Shown here: one piece after another, positions 19,679-30,046 of the stretch
Numbering within the stretch: position 1 is the stretch's first letter
How the letters are laid out: every line of letters starts with the position of its first letter
Assembly: GCA_050246115.1 (NCBI GenBank)
Contig: JBFWWP010000004.1
Location: 98,521 to 162,520 of the forward strand
From: Planctomycetota bacterium
Lineage (GTDB): Bacteria; Planctomycetota; UBA8108; UBA1146; JAJFFE01
Reading direction: 5' to 3'
Length of the DNA stretch: 64,000 nucleotides
Notes under the pieces: model-generated
What the model saw: only the letters and a program-made list of their open reading frames with translations
Told to the model about the DNA's origin: nothing
Databases searched by the model: none
Program-made: the position numbers and the translations under genes

Positions 19679-21811
19679 TCACAACCCTCGCATCTCGCCG
19701 GTGAGCGCCTGGTGAATGAGCACCCAGTCGAAAGCGAACTGGCTGCTCTGGAGAATCGCCTCGACTCGCGGCACTGCCCATGGGCCGAGAGCCACGATCT
19801 CGGCTCGCAGCCGTGCACGCTCGTCCGTTTCGGTCGCGCGCTCGAGCGCCTCTCGCAACCGCTCCCAGTTCCGCTCTGCGAGTCGATTCGCTCCCACGCG
19901 CCGCCAGTAGTCCCGCCAGAGCTCGACTCCCCGCGCTCGCTCGGCGGGCGATCCCGAAGCGGAAAACGGGAGGCGCTCGTGGGTGAGGTTCTCGAGGGCC
20001 CGATGAGCGCTGAGTCGAAGCTGCGGATCCGGGTCTTCCAGCTGGTCGGTCACGGCCGGCACGGCCTCCACGGCTCCCCATCGCTGGAGAGTCGCGAGCG
20101 CGAGCATACGAAGTACGCTACCGCGTGAGCGATCGCGGAGCAGCTGGATCGCCTCCTCGAGGTGCGATCGATCCCCTTCGTCACCCCAGCGACGCAGGGA
20201 CGCACGCTGCGCAAGCCAGACCTCGAGATCCTCGACCGAGACGTCGCCGTCGAGGCCGCTGATGCGCTGCACCTGGACCCGCGCGAAACGATCGACCGCG
20301 TCACGTTTCTCATTGCGCAGCGATGCGAGGTACGGCAGGAGATCGGGCATCTGGTCGGGCGGGACGGTGTCCACGATCTCGGCGGCCACAGCCTGAAGCT
20401 CAGCGGAGCGCAGTCGATTCAGAGCGCCGAACACCTCGGACAAGCTGACCATGCCATCGCGACTCGGCAAGTAGACGCGTCCCGTGGAGACCCCGTGGTC
20501 GACCTTCTCCGCGACACTGCCGGCTCCGGTCGGAACCGGGCCGGCCGGAGTGATGCGAAGGGAACGCGTGGCCCGATTCAGAAACAGCAATGCGAACGAG
20601 GTGCTGACCAACTCGTACTCCGGATCCGTGTCTCCTCGGGAGTTGGGCCCCCGACCCCATGCGCCGTTCTGCTTCTGCTGCCCCAACAGCACGCGAGCAT
20701 GCTTCAGGTACCAATCGACCCCGCCCAAGGTGTGAATCCCACCGAGATCCATGGCCTTCTCGAAGGAGTACAGCGTGTAGTAGTAGTTGCGCCACAGATT
20801 GCCCTGATCGAGAGGGTGTAGCTCGAGTAGCTCGCGCAACGAGAGCAGACCGCCGACGATCAAGGTGTCGATCGCGTCGCGCCTCTCGGGGGTCAGGGCC
20901 GCGGCGGCGACGAACCCCGACCGCACGACCATGAGTGACGAAGTGGCGGCGGCAATCATACTGTGAGTCGAGTTGGCACCCTCGCTCGGCGACAGGTTCC
21001 ACCGCGGTCGGTAGGGCCATCCCTTGGCAACGCCCTGCAACAGGTACGTGTGACCGTCGACGCTGACCAAAGGGTCCGACTCCGGATCGCGGGGTCCGTG
21101 GAGCGACGCCGGCGCCGAGGCCGTGTCATCCCACCAACCACTGCCCTCGAACTGGAGCCAAGAGGGTCCGAGTTGGTCGCTCCCCGCCTCTTCGTACGCT
21201 GCCAGCATTTCGTTCAGCACACGCTCCGGAATCTCGATCTTCCAACGCAGCGCAACCTGCAGAGCGAGGGCCGCGAACTGAGAGTTGGAGAAGTCGACCC
21301 AAGTCGCGGAACGCTTGACGGCGGACGTTCCCGACGGCATGCGTTGATAACCCCAGATTCCCTTGCCGCGCAGTCGTGCATCCACCAGCCAAGTGACACA
21401 GCGAGCGATCTGACGCTCCACCTTGGCGTCGCTTCCCGGTTCGATGCCCAGCGCCCGCGCTCGGGAGTCGAGAGCAATTGCCAGGAGTGCCACCCCATAG
21501 ACGTTGGTCAGCGGCAGACGTTCGATCTCCCCGAAGAGACGCTCGATGCCCGCGGACCCGGCGGGGACCCCAGACTCGATCAACGCGTAGGCGATCAAGG
21601 CCCGCATCCCGATGGGATAGCTCTGCGCGGTAGCCCCGAAGCTCGACAGAGCTTCCTTCTGGAGAAAGTTGACCCCGAGTTCGATGGCTTGGTTGACATG
21701 CTGCTCGAACGGCTGCGGATCGCCAGCTCTGGCGCGACTCGGCGCAACGAGGCCGACGACGAGTCCGAAGCACATCCCGAGAATCGCGCAGCGGCAAACT
21801 CCGGCGATCAT
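19679..21811 (-). CDS. Exported prenyltransferase/squalene-cyclase-like alpha-barrel repeat protein with C-terminal HEAT repeats
   Basis: Signal peptide; DFSNSQFAALAL, YYYTLYSFEK, LLGQQKQNGAW, TSFALLFL; HEAT-like LEDPDPQLRLSAHRAL. ATGA overlap with the upstream gene. Confidence 0.7.
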   Translation of the reverse strand: MIAGVCRCAILGMCFGLVVGLVAPSRARAGDPQPFEQHVNQAIELGVNFLQKEALSSFGATAQSYPIGMRALIAYALIESGVPAGSAGIERLFGEIERLPLTNVYGVALLAIALDSRARALGIEPGSDAKVERQIARCVTWLVDARLRGKGIWGYQRMPSGTSAVKRSATWVDFSNSQFAALALQVALRWKIEIPERVLNEMLAAYEEAGSDQLGPSWLQFEGSGWWDDTASAPASLHGPRDPESDPLVSVDGHTYLLQGVAKGWPYRPRWNLSPSEGANSTHSMIAAATSSLMVVRSGFVAAAALTPERRDAIDTLIVGGLLSLRELLELHPLDQGNLWRNYYYTLYSFEKAMDLGGIHTLGGVDWYLKHARVLLGQQKQNGAWGRGPNSRGDTDPEYELVSTSFALLFLNRATRSLRITPAGPVPTGAGSVAEKVDHGVSTGRVYLPSRDGMVSLSEVFGALNRLRSAELQAVAAEIVDTVPPDQMPDLLPYLASLRNEKRDAVDRFARVQVQRISGLDGDVSVEDLEVWLAQRASLRRWGDEGDRSHLEEAIQLLRDRSRGSVLRMLALATLQRWGAVEAVPAVTDQLEDPDPQLRLSAHRALENLTHERLPFSASGSPAERARGVELWRDYWRRVGANRLAERNWERLREALERATETDERARLRAEIVALGPWAVPRVEAILQSSQFAFDWVLIHQALTGEMRGL

Positions 21812-24498
21812 TGCTTGCCCTCGTTGGTCAGTGGCGGAGACTCGTCCTCGGCTCCACCCGGGCCCGGCAACGACGCGCTGCGAAGTGCCGGGTGAAAACG
21901 ACGCGCGATCTCGGACTCGTGAAGCACGCGACCACGCCCGTGCCCGGCCCCCCAATGGACGCGTACGGTTTCCGTGCCGGCGCCGGCACGAGCCGGCCCC
22001 CACAGCCAAAGATCGACGGACAGGTTCGGAAGGCGCAGAGAGAGGAGATCGAGCGCGGAAGCGAAGTCTTCCCAGTGTTGGTCGTTGCCACCAGCGACAC
22101 GTCGATCGACGGGGGGCGGCTCCGGCATCGGCACCCACACGACAGTGGGTCGCTCGGGGATTGCCCCCTCAGCCTGGCGTGTGAGCTCTCCCATCGCGAG
22201 CAGCAGCGTGCGCGCGGCTGGGCGATAGACGCTGCCGTGCGAACCACCCGCCCGCAACCGGTAGGCACCCGTCTCCCAGCGCGACTCGTCGATCGCGTCC
22301 GCGGGCGGCGTCGAAGCAGCGGTCGCATCACCGGGCTCGCCCGCGCTCTGCGCCGATCGCAGCAGGCCGCGAACCCAGTCATCGAGCCCCGGCGCCGTGG
22401 CGGGCACCCGGGGTTCGCCGAGCCGGTCCGTCAGGCGGCGTAGGCCGGGGGTCAGCATACCGTCGGCGAGCCAGATCGCGTGGCGAAGGTCCGGCGGGGA
22501 TTCCGCTGCGCGGCGGAGCGGATCGCGGTGCGAAAGCACCCAGCGCGTCGACGCGGAACTCGGCGCGGCGTGGGCTTGGATCTGGGCCAAGGAAACGCTC
22601 GGGTCGGAGGGGAACGTGAAGAGCGTGGCGTGCTCGAGTCGGGCCCACAGCCGCGGGATGCGCGCCGGCTCTCGCAGCAGCTCCCGGACCGGAAACGAAC
22701 ACCACACTTCGACTCGAACCGCGAGCGGTTGGCCGCCTGCGACCGGCCCGCCGCGCGCGTCGTGCGGCAACACCGGCGGTCGCGCGACGAAGCTGCCGAA
22801 GCACTCTTCTTCAATGAATAGCCGAGGATCGGCACTGCCGTCGAAGAGTCGCTTCGTCAGGGCATCGATGGCGTCCTCGGGGAGATCCCGTTCGCCGATC
22901 CAACGCGAGAAGCGCTTCACCCAGATCGCGTCTTGCCCAGGCTCCGGAGGCGGCACGCCGAGCGCGGGACCGTAGGCCAACGTCCGAATCAGGAGCCGTG
23001 CTGCATCCGCGGGCTCCAGTTCCGTGCCCGCGAGTTCGATGAGGCCAAGTTCCTCGTCCGCATCGAGGCGACGACCCAGTAGGGCCACCGCGAGACTGCG
23101 CAGCACCACGTCATAACGGACCGGGCGGGGTTGTGTACGACCCGCCGCAAGCCAATCCTCGAACTCGGCGTCCGCATCGTCATGCGGGATCGGCGCGTTG
23201 GATCTCGCGGACGCTGGCGGTGCCGACTCGCGCGCCGGGTGGGCGCCGACAATGCGCCGGATGGTGCTGCCCCACTCGGCAGGCGAGTCCGGCACGACCC
23301 CGATCCGCAGCGCCTCCGGCAGTCGAAACGCGCCGGATCGCGGCAACGATGATCGCTCGGCGAGCACCCGGCGCGATCGCTCCATCCACAGGTCGGGATC
23401 TCCGCGCAACTCGGCGACGATCTGATCACAGGACGCAGACCGCCACCGCGCCAGTTCGGCGAGCGTGGGCCGGCGACCGAGCAACAGCTCCGTCGTCCGG
23501 CGCAGCTCGCGCAGGCGCTCAACGGGGTACTCGTCCAGCCAGTCCGGAAGAGGCGACGCGATCGAGTGCGGAGTGATCAGTCGCCCGCGGGCCGCGAGCG
23601 CCGCCTCGATTCCCGCGGAGAGCGTGGCGTCGACGGTGAGCGGTAGCGCGCGGGAATGGGCCGCGACGCCGGGGATCTCGGCCAGCCACCAATCCGATCC
23701 GCGTCGCTCGATCCGAGCCCGACTGCGCACGGCCAGAATGTTGCGCTCCCAACGCCCCACTTCGGCGGGGCTACCGGGCAGTAGATCGAGCTGTGCCGTC
23801 GCGAGGTGACAGCCGCCGCCCTCGCAGGTGCGATCCAGTTCGGCGCCGAGCGCGTGCCAGGGAACTCCCACGGCGGTCGACGCCGCCGCCACGGGAGCGG
23901 GCGTCGGCGTTGACGCTGCAGGGCCGACAACTTCGCCGACGGCGTCCGATGTTCCCGTGGGTTCCGCGGGCGTCGGCGTGTAGAGCGCGGGAGTCGGCGC
24001 GGCCTCGCGACGTGGGAAAGCTCCGGCCCACCACAGCGCCACGCCACCGAGCCCACCGCCCAACAGGAAGATGCCGAGCAGGACGTTGCGCTCGGCGCGA
24101 TTCCACAGGGACGTCGCCGAAGCCAGATCTTCAGCGACGCCCGATGCGCGGGGTCCGTCGCTTGCCTCGGCGTTCGCATCGAGAGTCCCCGCGGGCTCCG
24201 GCCCATCGCCACAGACGGTGACCGTCACGTTGCCGAGCGTGAACTCGTCGCCGACCGTGACCTCGAGCGACTTGCACCGGGTCCCTGCGTAACGGATGCC
24301 GTTACGCGACCCGAGATCCTCGAGCCGAAACCTGTCGGTCCCCGCGATGGGTTCGATCGAAGCATGGAGCTTGGAGACGGACGGATCCACGATGCGGATC
24401 GCCGCGCGACGCGAACGACCCAGAATCGCTGGACGGTCGGGAATCGGCACCCGGGCGGGTGACGCATCGTGCGCGGCCCGAGTCAGCAGGTACGGCAT
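21808..24498 (-). CDS. FHA-domain membrane protein with a CxxxxCH motif and DUF1549/DUF1553-like segments
   Basis: FHA (ILGRS...VSKLHA...EDLGSRNG); one TM helix; CEGGGCH; LLGRRPTLAEL. Start set at MPYLL. Confidence 0.6.
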   Translation of the reverse strand: MPYLLTRAAHDASPARVPIPDRPAILGRSRRAAIRIVDPSVSKLHASIEPIAGTDRFRLEDLGSRNGIRYAGTRCKSLEVTVGDEFTLGNVTVTVCGDGPEPAGTLDANAEASDGPRASGVAEDLASATSLWNRAERNVLLGIFLLGGGLGGVALWWAGAFPRREAAPTPALYTPTPAEPTGTSDAVGEVVGPAASTPTPAPVAAASTAVGVPWHALGAELDRTCEGGGCHLATAQLDLLPGSPAEVGRWERNILAVRSRARIERRGSDWWLAEIPGVAAHSRALPLTVDATLSAGIEAALAARGRLITPHSIASPLPDWLDEYPVERLRELRRTTELLLGRRPTLAELARWRSASCDQIVAELRGDPDLWMERSRRVLAERSSLPRSGAFRLPEALRIGVVPDSPAEWGSTIRRIVGAHPARESAPPASARSNAPIPHDDADAEFEDWLAAGRTQPRPVRYDVVLRSLAVALLGRRLDADEELGLIELAGTELEPADAARLLIRTLAYGPALGVPPPEPGQDAIWVKRFSRWIGERDLPEDAIDALTKRLFDGSADPRLFIEEECFGSFVARPPVLPHDARGGPVAGGQPLAVRVEVWCSFPVRELLREPARIPRLWARLEHATLFTFPSDPSVSLAQIQAHAAPSSASTRWVLSHRDPLRRAAESPPDLRHAIWLADGMLTPGLRRLTDRLGEPRVPATAPGLDDWVRGLLRSAQSAGEPGDATAASTPPADAIDESRWETGAYRLRAGGSHGSVYRPAARTLLLAMGELTRQAEGAIPERPTVVWVPMPEPPPVDRRVAGGNDQHWEDFASALDLLSLRLPNLSVDLWLWGPARAGAGTETVRVHWGAGHGRGRVLHESEIARRFHPALRSASLPGPGGAEDESPPLTNEGKQ

Positions 24499-24826
24499 TC
24501 GAAGAACTCCGCAACCGGCCGGAGGGTGGAACGGCCACCCCATTAGAGAGGTCCGCGACCCCCAATGCAACAGGCAGCACCTCCAGCCGTCCAGCCGGCC
24601 AGCGACCGGGGAGCGCCCGAGGCCACTCGTGGCGTCTTTGCGTCCAGGTGTGTTCCAGCGAGACCGAGGCCGGCGCGAGGGACTCGGAGATGGAGTGCGC
24701 ACTCGTGACGTGGACCCTCAACGCGCGGGAAACATGCACCCCGGGCGATTGACACCGGCGCGGTCCATCGCGGGCCAGAGAGACGCAGCGAGCCCCGTAG
24801 CAAGATCCACCAACGAAAGGGCGACC

Positions 24827-25159
24827 GTGACATCGACACTGGGTCTGTTCGGGCTCCTCGACGCGCTACGCCGGGACCTGGCGCTCGAGGCAGTCCTGGA
24901 GGCTTACACGAGCAACTCCACCTTCGCGACGCTGCGCCGCAAGATCGGCGAACCGATCCGCGACATCGGTTCCGGCCGCCACATCTATGTCTACCGCCTC
25001 GGCGATCGTCGCGCGGTCACGTTCGTCGTGACTTCGGAGGACGAGCCGATCGCGAGCGCCGCCCTCCACGACGGCTACGACCTCGACGCGGGACTCGGCA
25101 AGTTCATCGAAGAGCTAACGCCGCGCGACACTCGTGCCAGAAAGCCGCGCGAACCGTAA
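24827..25159 (+). CDS. Small hypothetical protein
   Basis: GTG start after GAAAGG; globular-looking sequence IGEPIRDIGSGRHIYVYRL; coding-like codon bias. Confidence 0.5.
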   Translation: MTSTLGLFGLLDALRRDLALEAVLEAYTSNSTFATLRRKIGEPIRDIGSGRHIYVYRLGDRRAVTFVVTSEDEPIASAALHDGYDLDAGLGKFIEELTPRDTRARKPREP

Positions 25160-25384
25160 CGTCACCCGCCCGCCACCGCCGCGTGGGTTCTCGAGCCCGT
25201 CGACGAGTCTCACGATCCAGAGCCGCGCTTCATCACATCACCACCACGAGCCGAGCGGGGTCGCCATCGCCGGATTGTCGACCCTTCATTCTGACCGCTG
25301 GTGAACGGAAGCTACCATCTCGAGGCGGCACCTCGAGTGGGCTCTGCAGGCAACCTCGACCGAACGGAGGGTGTCGACGAACAG

Positions 25385-25895
25385 GCTCCCAGGGCGCGCC
25401 AGAGCGGCCGATCGAGCATGGGCTCCTGACATGCGTAACGATGGTGGCTCCATCGCCGTGTGTGGCGTGCCCAGCCCGGCGCCACTCGGGACGCCGAGCA
25501 CGAACTGGCTTTCTCCGGATCGCGCTCGGTGCCCCGAGCCGAAGGCGAGTGCTTGTGGGTGAAGTGGATGCGGCTGTGCCGGCGCCACGATGGTGGTAGG
25601 CGTGGGGCCCAGGCGGTAAGCGGAGGGTGCCGTGGCGCGAGGCCAAGATGCGGACAGGCTGTCCGCGCTCCCAGGGCGCGCCGGGGCATGTGAAGAGCGC
25701 GGGACTTGCGTATGCGTCGCGTTGGTGCGTTGGGCGGGGGAGAAGACGGGGACGGGATCGTCGACGCGGTGCTGGGCACGCTATGCAGGGCGATCGAGTC
25801 ACCATCGCCGTGTGTGGCGTGCCCAGCCCGGCGCCACTCGGGACGCCGAGCGCGAACTGGCGTTCTCGGGGTTGCGGCGTGGCGTGCCCAGCCGG
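25385..25895. repeat. REP-like composite repeat patch related to 7509-7865
   Basis: GATGCGGACAGGCTGTCCGCGCTCCCAG at 25647; one copy of the 67-bp unit; an internal ~65-bp direct repeat (CCATCGCCGTGTGTGGCGTGCCCAGCCCGGCGCCACTCGGGACGCCGAGC) near 25450 and 25802. Confidence 0.75.
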
Positions 25896-26212
25896 GCGTC
25901 GACGATCCGGTTCCCTCTTCTTCCCCGCCCGACGCGCTGGCGCGGGCAGCGCTGCCGACTGGCGGCAAGCCGGCCTGGGCATTGTTGCCGGGCAGTCAAC
26001 GGTTGGCGCCACTTCGCGTCGCCGAGAGCCTGGGGCAGCACAGCCGTTCCACCACACGGCAAACGACTTGGGGCGTTCCCGCTCGATTCGCGGGCGCGGC
26101 GCATGGTTGTTGCCCCTCGGAGGTCGATCCTACGGGCTCCTGCGTGCCGCGCTCGGGTCACGCCAGGTCGGGATCATCCAAAGACAAGTTTCGCGAAGGG
26201 AGTCATGCGCCT

Positions 26213-27271
26213 GTGTATCAACTGGCAGGGATCGTTCTCCTCTTGTTGTGTCCGACGGTAGCATTTTTCACGCCTCTGTGGTTGCGTCACCCCAAGGTGC
26301 GCGCCGCCTTCCAACGACTCGCGGCCCGACTTCCACGGATCCCCATGCGGGAGGGCTACCAGCCCGCGAACCGAGATCGGCTGCCTCCGAGCAGCCCAGC
26401 GCAGTGCCGCACTCGCGCCTTCGTTCGCGGTGGGATCCTCGCGGCTTCGATCATTTGCGGCGTCGTGGTGTTCGGGGCGTTTCCTGACGCCAAGGGTACG
26501 GACTTCGCCCACCTGCGAAACGCGCTCTTGAGTGGTGGGCTTTTGGGGGCTGTGATCATTGGCGTATCGGCCGCGGCCCACTCGGCGTCGCTGAGCCTGC
26601 GTTGTGCGAGTTCCTTGGGTCGCTTCGGACTGCGCGGGGTGTGGCGCAACACTACGGTCCAGCGCGCGCCGTCGTTTCGGGCCGAGCTGCTGAAGCAGAT
26701 CGACGAGACCGGAACCCTGGATGCTCTGAGCGAGAATGGGCTCGACGTACTCACCGCACTCTCGCACCCAGCTCACGTGGCGCTAGCGGTCCCTCATGCT
26801 GCGCTCGCAGGCGCCACGATTCGTCTCGTGCTGCTTCCTCCGCGCAGTGCGATCGTCGATCCGGAGCGCAAACGCAGCTCGTGCGCGGAGGAAGCTCTCG
26901 TGCGACGGCGCGTCAGCCCAGAGCAACACTGGCGCGATCTCCAGCGGACCCTCGAGGCGGTTGCGCAGTGGCAGACCTGCTCCGATGTGAAGATCCAGGT
27001 ACGGTTCTTGGAGGCGCGCCCAGCAATGCACGCCATGGTCACCGGCTCGAGGGCGTGGTTCCGGCCGTGGCTGTCGGACGGGACGCTGTGGGTCGACGCA
27101 AGTGCGACCGCTGACAATGGTGGTCTATTCGACCTGGCACGCGACGGTTTCCTGAGCGCTTGGGCCACGGCCGCCGAGGAACTCAGCTACTCCCTGGCCG
27201 CTGGTCCGACGAGCTCGACCGTGATTCGCAAGGGACTCGAGCCCACGCAACTGCGTCTCATCGAAACTTGA
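26213..27271 (+). CDS. Hypothetical membrane protein with a C-terminal alpha/beta domain (possibly PLD-like/DUF5919-like)
   Basis: In-frame GTG after GGGAG; 2-3 TM helices; ATIRLVLLPP...IQVRFL pattern. The domain call is tentative. Confidence 0.5.
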   Translation: MYQLAGIVLLLLCPTVAFFTPLWLRHPKVRAAFQRLAARLPRIPMREGYQPANRDRLPPSSPAQCRTRAFVRGGILAASIICGVVVFGAFPDAKGTDFAHLRNALLSGGLLGAVIIGVSAAAHSASLSLRCASSLGRFGLRGVWRNTTVQRAPSFRAELLKQIDETGTLDALSENGLDVLTALSHPAHVALAVPHAALAGATIRLVLLPPRSAIVDPERKRSSCAEEALVRRRVSPEQHWRDLQRTLEAVAQWQTCSDVKIQVRFLEARPAMHAMVTGSRAWFRPWLSDGTLWVDASATADNGGLFDLARDGFLSAWATAAEELSYSLAAGPTSSTVIRKGLEPTQLRLIET

Positions 27272-27281
27272 TCCGCACGAG

Positions 27282-28031
27282 TCAGACGTCACGCTCGTAG
27301 ACCTGGATGAACTTGTTGTGGCGCACGGATTCCGGCAGCAGTTGCTGCGCCGCATGAACCCACTGCCTGAGGCCGCGTCGCTTCGTCGTCGAAGCGACCG
27401 TGAGGTAGTGAGCCTCCGTGAGGCGGAAACCGCTGTCGAGCAGGATCCGCTGCACACGGCTCGGGCTCACCGCTCGCTGGTTTGGCGTCAGGAAGGCCGG
27501 ACGCAGCAGCGGATTGATGACGTTGAGCAGCGCGTACGACTGCGGGTTGCGGGCATTCGGTTCGAAGACGAAGACGCGACTCGCAGCCACTCGCGCCGCT
27601 TCGCGGAGCACGAGCTCGAAGTCTCGAAAGTGGTGGAGGATCAGACTCAGGAACGCGGCATCGAAGTGGCGGTCGGCAAACGGCAAGTGCCGTACGTCTC
27701 CGCAGCGGATGTCGCCTCGAAGGCCCAGTCGTTCGAAGGCTGCGTGTGCAGTGTCGACGGCGGTCTGAGCCAGCTCCACGCCGGTGACCTCGTAGCCGTA
27801 CTGGGCGAAACGGCGGGCGTGCTGTCCGGTGCCGCAGCCGACATCGATCACCGTCGCGCCCGGCGGGAGACGCTTCACGGTGAGTTCGTGCACGCGCTCA
27901 TAGCCCGAAGCGATGAAGTGGTGGTCCCCGTCGCGCTCATAGAGTCGCTCGTAGTGGGAACGCTCTCGCGTGACGTCCTGGGTCCCGTGCGGGATCGAAC
28001 TTCGACTCAGCGTGCTCACGGTCGGCTCCAT
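27282..28031 (-). CDS. Class I SAM-dependent methyltransferase (Methyltransf_11-like)
   Basis: VIDVGCGTG; GDVRHLPFADRHFD; LHHF; FEPN. Confidence 0.88.
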   Translation of the reverse strand: MEPTVSTLSRSSIPHGTQDVTRERSHYERLYERDGDHHFIASGYERVHELTVKRLPPGATVIDVGCGTGQHARRFAQYGYEVTGVELAQTAVDTAHAAFERLGLRGDIRCGDVRHLPFADRHFDAAFLSLILHHFRDFELVLREAARVAASRVFVFEPNARNPQSYALLNVINPLLRPAFLTPNQRAVSPSRVQRILLDSGFRLTEAHYLTVASTTKRRGLRQWVHAAQQLLPESVRHNKFIQVYERDV

Positions 28032-28298
28032 CTCTCTCGAAGCGGTTGGCGAGCGCGACTCGGCCCAGCACGGGCCTCACGCTCCGTCGATCTCGACCCT
28101 GTCTTCTTCGGATCGACGGACACCCCACATGAACCCCTGAGACCGCTCGCGCCGCCCGACGGGTCCGCACCCCAGTCCCGGAATCGAGCGTATCCGCGCT
28201 TGCTTCGGGCCCAGATGCCCTCCAAGGGGGCCTTCGCACGCCCGTTCGCGGCGCCAAGCGCTCGTTGGCGGTATTCCGATTCGCTGACGCGCACCTCC

Positions 28299-30041
28299 CT
28301 ATCGTCCGACCTCGACCCGGCGAGCCGTCACGAAGATGAGCAGGTCGCGCTGCTCGCGGACGCGGGTCTCCCGTCGGAACAAGAAGCCGATGAGCGGCGC
28401 CCGCATCAGCCACGGGATGCCCACGACGCGTGTGCGCATGACATTGCTGCGCAAGCCGCCGAGGACCACCGTCGCGCCTTCGGTGACGACGAGCTGCGTG
28501 TCGAGGTAGCGGGTCTCGATGACGGGCCTGGTGATGGCAGGAGCTTCGACGCCCTGCACGACCGCGCCGCTCGGGATCGTGATCGTGTCCACTTGGTCAC
28601 GAATCACCGGTTGGATGCGCAGTTGCACTTCGTTCGGTCGGGCCCCGGCCGACGGCGTGACGTTCAGCACGATGCCGGTGAAGTTGCGATCGTTCACGAC
28701 CGCAACCAATGCCACGTTGGCGTCCGAAGTACTCAGACCGTCGCGCGACACCACCGTCGTGTCGAACACCGGGCGGTAATCCTCGACATAAGGAAGGTTG
28801 GTGGTGATCGCGATCGTTGCACGCGAGTTATTGACCGATGCGATCGTGGGCGCGGACAAGACCTCCGCCTCGTCCTCGGACTCGAGCGCGCGGAGCAGGG
28901 CCTCGAACCGTGGCTCGCTCAAGATGCCGAGCACCTCCAAGTTGAGTCCAGTGGCAGCACCTGGGATCAAGGGCGCGATACCCACGCGCTGTCCGGTGGC
29001 CGGCGACAGGGACACCATCTCACGATCGTCACCGAGCTGCGCAAACTCGGTCAGGCCGAACTCCACTCCAAGTTCGCGGGCTGCTTCCGCGGACAGCTCC
29101 AGGAAGCGTGCCTCGATCTCGATGAGATCGGGACTGCGCGCGAGGGTATCGAGGCAGCGCTCGATCTGGTCGAGGGACGACGCTTCCGAGCGCACGAAGA
29201 GCAGGTTGTGTCGTCGATCGAGGAACCACGTGGATCCGTCGGGCCAGGGTACGAGCTCCGGCATCCGGGCCAGGAACTTCTCGAGATGAGACACGGGCTC
29301 GACCGCGGAAGGTCCTTCCGCGGGAACTAGCGCTGCACCGCCATCCCCTTCGCTCTCTTGCCGTTGCACGCGGGAGATGAACGACAGCTGACGCAGAGAA
29401 TCGAAGTCATTCGGAAGACTGGCCTGGATCAGCCCGCCCGGCAGGGGATACACGAGCAACGCCAAACGCGCTCCGGGTCGGGGGTGGACGACCAGGAGCC
29501 GACCTTCGAGTTCGAACTCGATCGGAAACAGCTGGCCCAAACGCGTGAGGAGTTCGCCCAGGGGAAGCTGGCTAACGCGGAGGGAGAGCTCGAGGTCGCC
29601 CACCAATCCCTGGTCGACCAGCAGTTCGAAGCCGAGACTATCGGCAAGGTGCACGAGCGCTTCGCCGAGGGGAACGCGGTCGAGACTGAGACTCACCGGT
29701 GTGGTGGCCAACCGCGGGTCCGCGTTCGGCGCGCGCGGGCTCAGGCGGTAGGGCCGCGCGGACTCGGCGGCGGGGCCTGGCGACAGCGACCGGCGCGTCG
29801 GCGCCGGCGCCGGACCGACCGTGACGCCCGGGCGGCGTGGGTCGTCGATCGCCTCTTTCACGGCGCACCCCGCGCTCAGCGTGAGGACGGCGAGCACGCC
29901 CGCCACGAAGGTCGACGCCGTGCGACGATCCACTTCGACGCCGCCGGGCGGAGGGGGCGCCGTGGGCCCACGCACGGAGGCCGCGAGTGGCGCGGCACCG
30001 GCGCGCAGGAAGTCCGGCGTGCGCGCGCTCCATAGCTGCAT
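28299..30041 (-). CDS. Secretin (type II secretion GspD/PilQ-like), probable lipoprotein
   Basis: LSAGC lipobox; IEIEARFLE; VLSAPTIASVNN; GIVLNVTP; GATVVLGGL; GIPWL..APLIGFLFR; DLLIFVT. Start is ATG 30041 or GTG 29933. Confidence 0.88.
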   Translation of the reverse strand: MQLWSARTPDFLRAGAAPLAASVRGPTAPPPPGGVEVDRRTASTFVAGVLAVLTLSAGCAVKEAIDDPRRPGVTVGPAPAPTRRSLSPGPAAESARPYRLSPRAPNADPRLATTPVSLSLDRVPLGEALVHLADSLGFELLVDQGLVGDLELSLRVSQLPLGELLTRLGQLFPIEFELEGRLLVVHPRPGARLALLVYPLPGGLIQASLPNDFDSLRQLSFISRVQRQESEGDGGAALVPAEGPSAVEPVSHLEKFLARMPELVPWPDGSTWFLDRRHNLLFVRSEASSLDQIERCLDTLARSPDLIEIEARFLELSAEAARELGVEFGLTEFAQLGDDREMVSLSPATGQRVGIAPLIPGAATGLNLEVLGILSEPRFEALLRALESEDEAEVLSAPTIASVNNSRATIAITTNLPYVEDYRPVFDTTVVSRDGLSTSDANVALVAVVNDRNFTGIVLNVTPSAGARPNEVQLRIQPVIRDQVDTITIPSGAVVQGVEAPAITRPVIETRYLDTQLVVTEGATVVLGGLRSNVMRTRVVGIPWLMRAPLIGFLFRRETRVREQRDLLIFVTARRVEVGR

Positions 30042-30046
30042 GCCTC

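Noticed and set aside
25706-26212. N-terminal part of the 521-aa ORF
   Set aside because: It runs through the REP-like repeat patch. A downstream GTG with an RBS is the more plausible start.
27318-29330. Long antisense ORFs (also 4210-6042, 14135-15814, 39817-41754, 58052-60010 and others)
   Set aside because: These are shadow ORFs caused by high GC and codon bias opposite well-supported genes. They have Arg-rich, motif-free translations.
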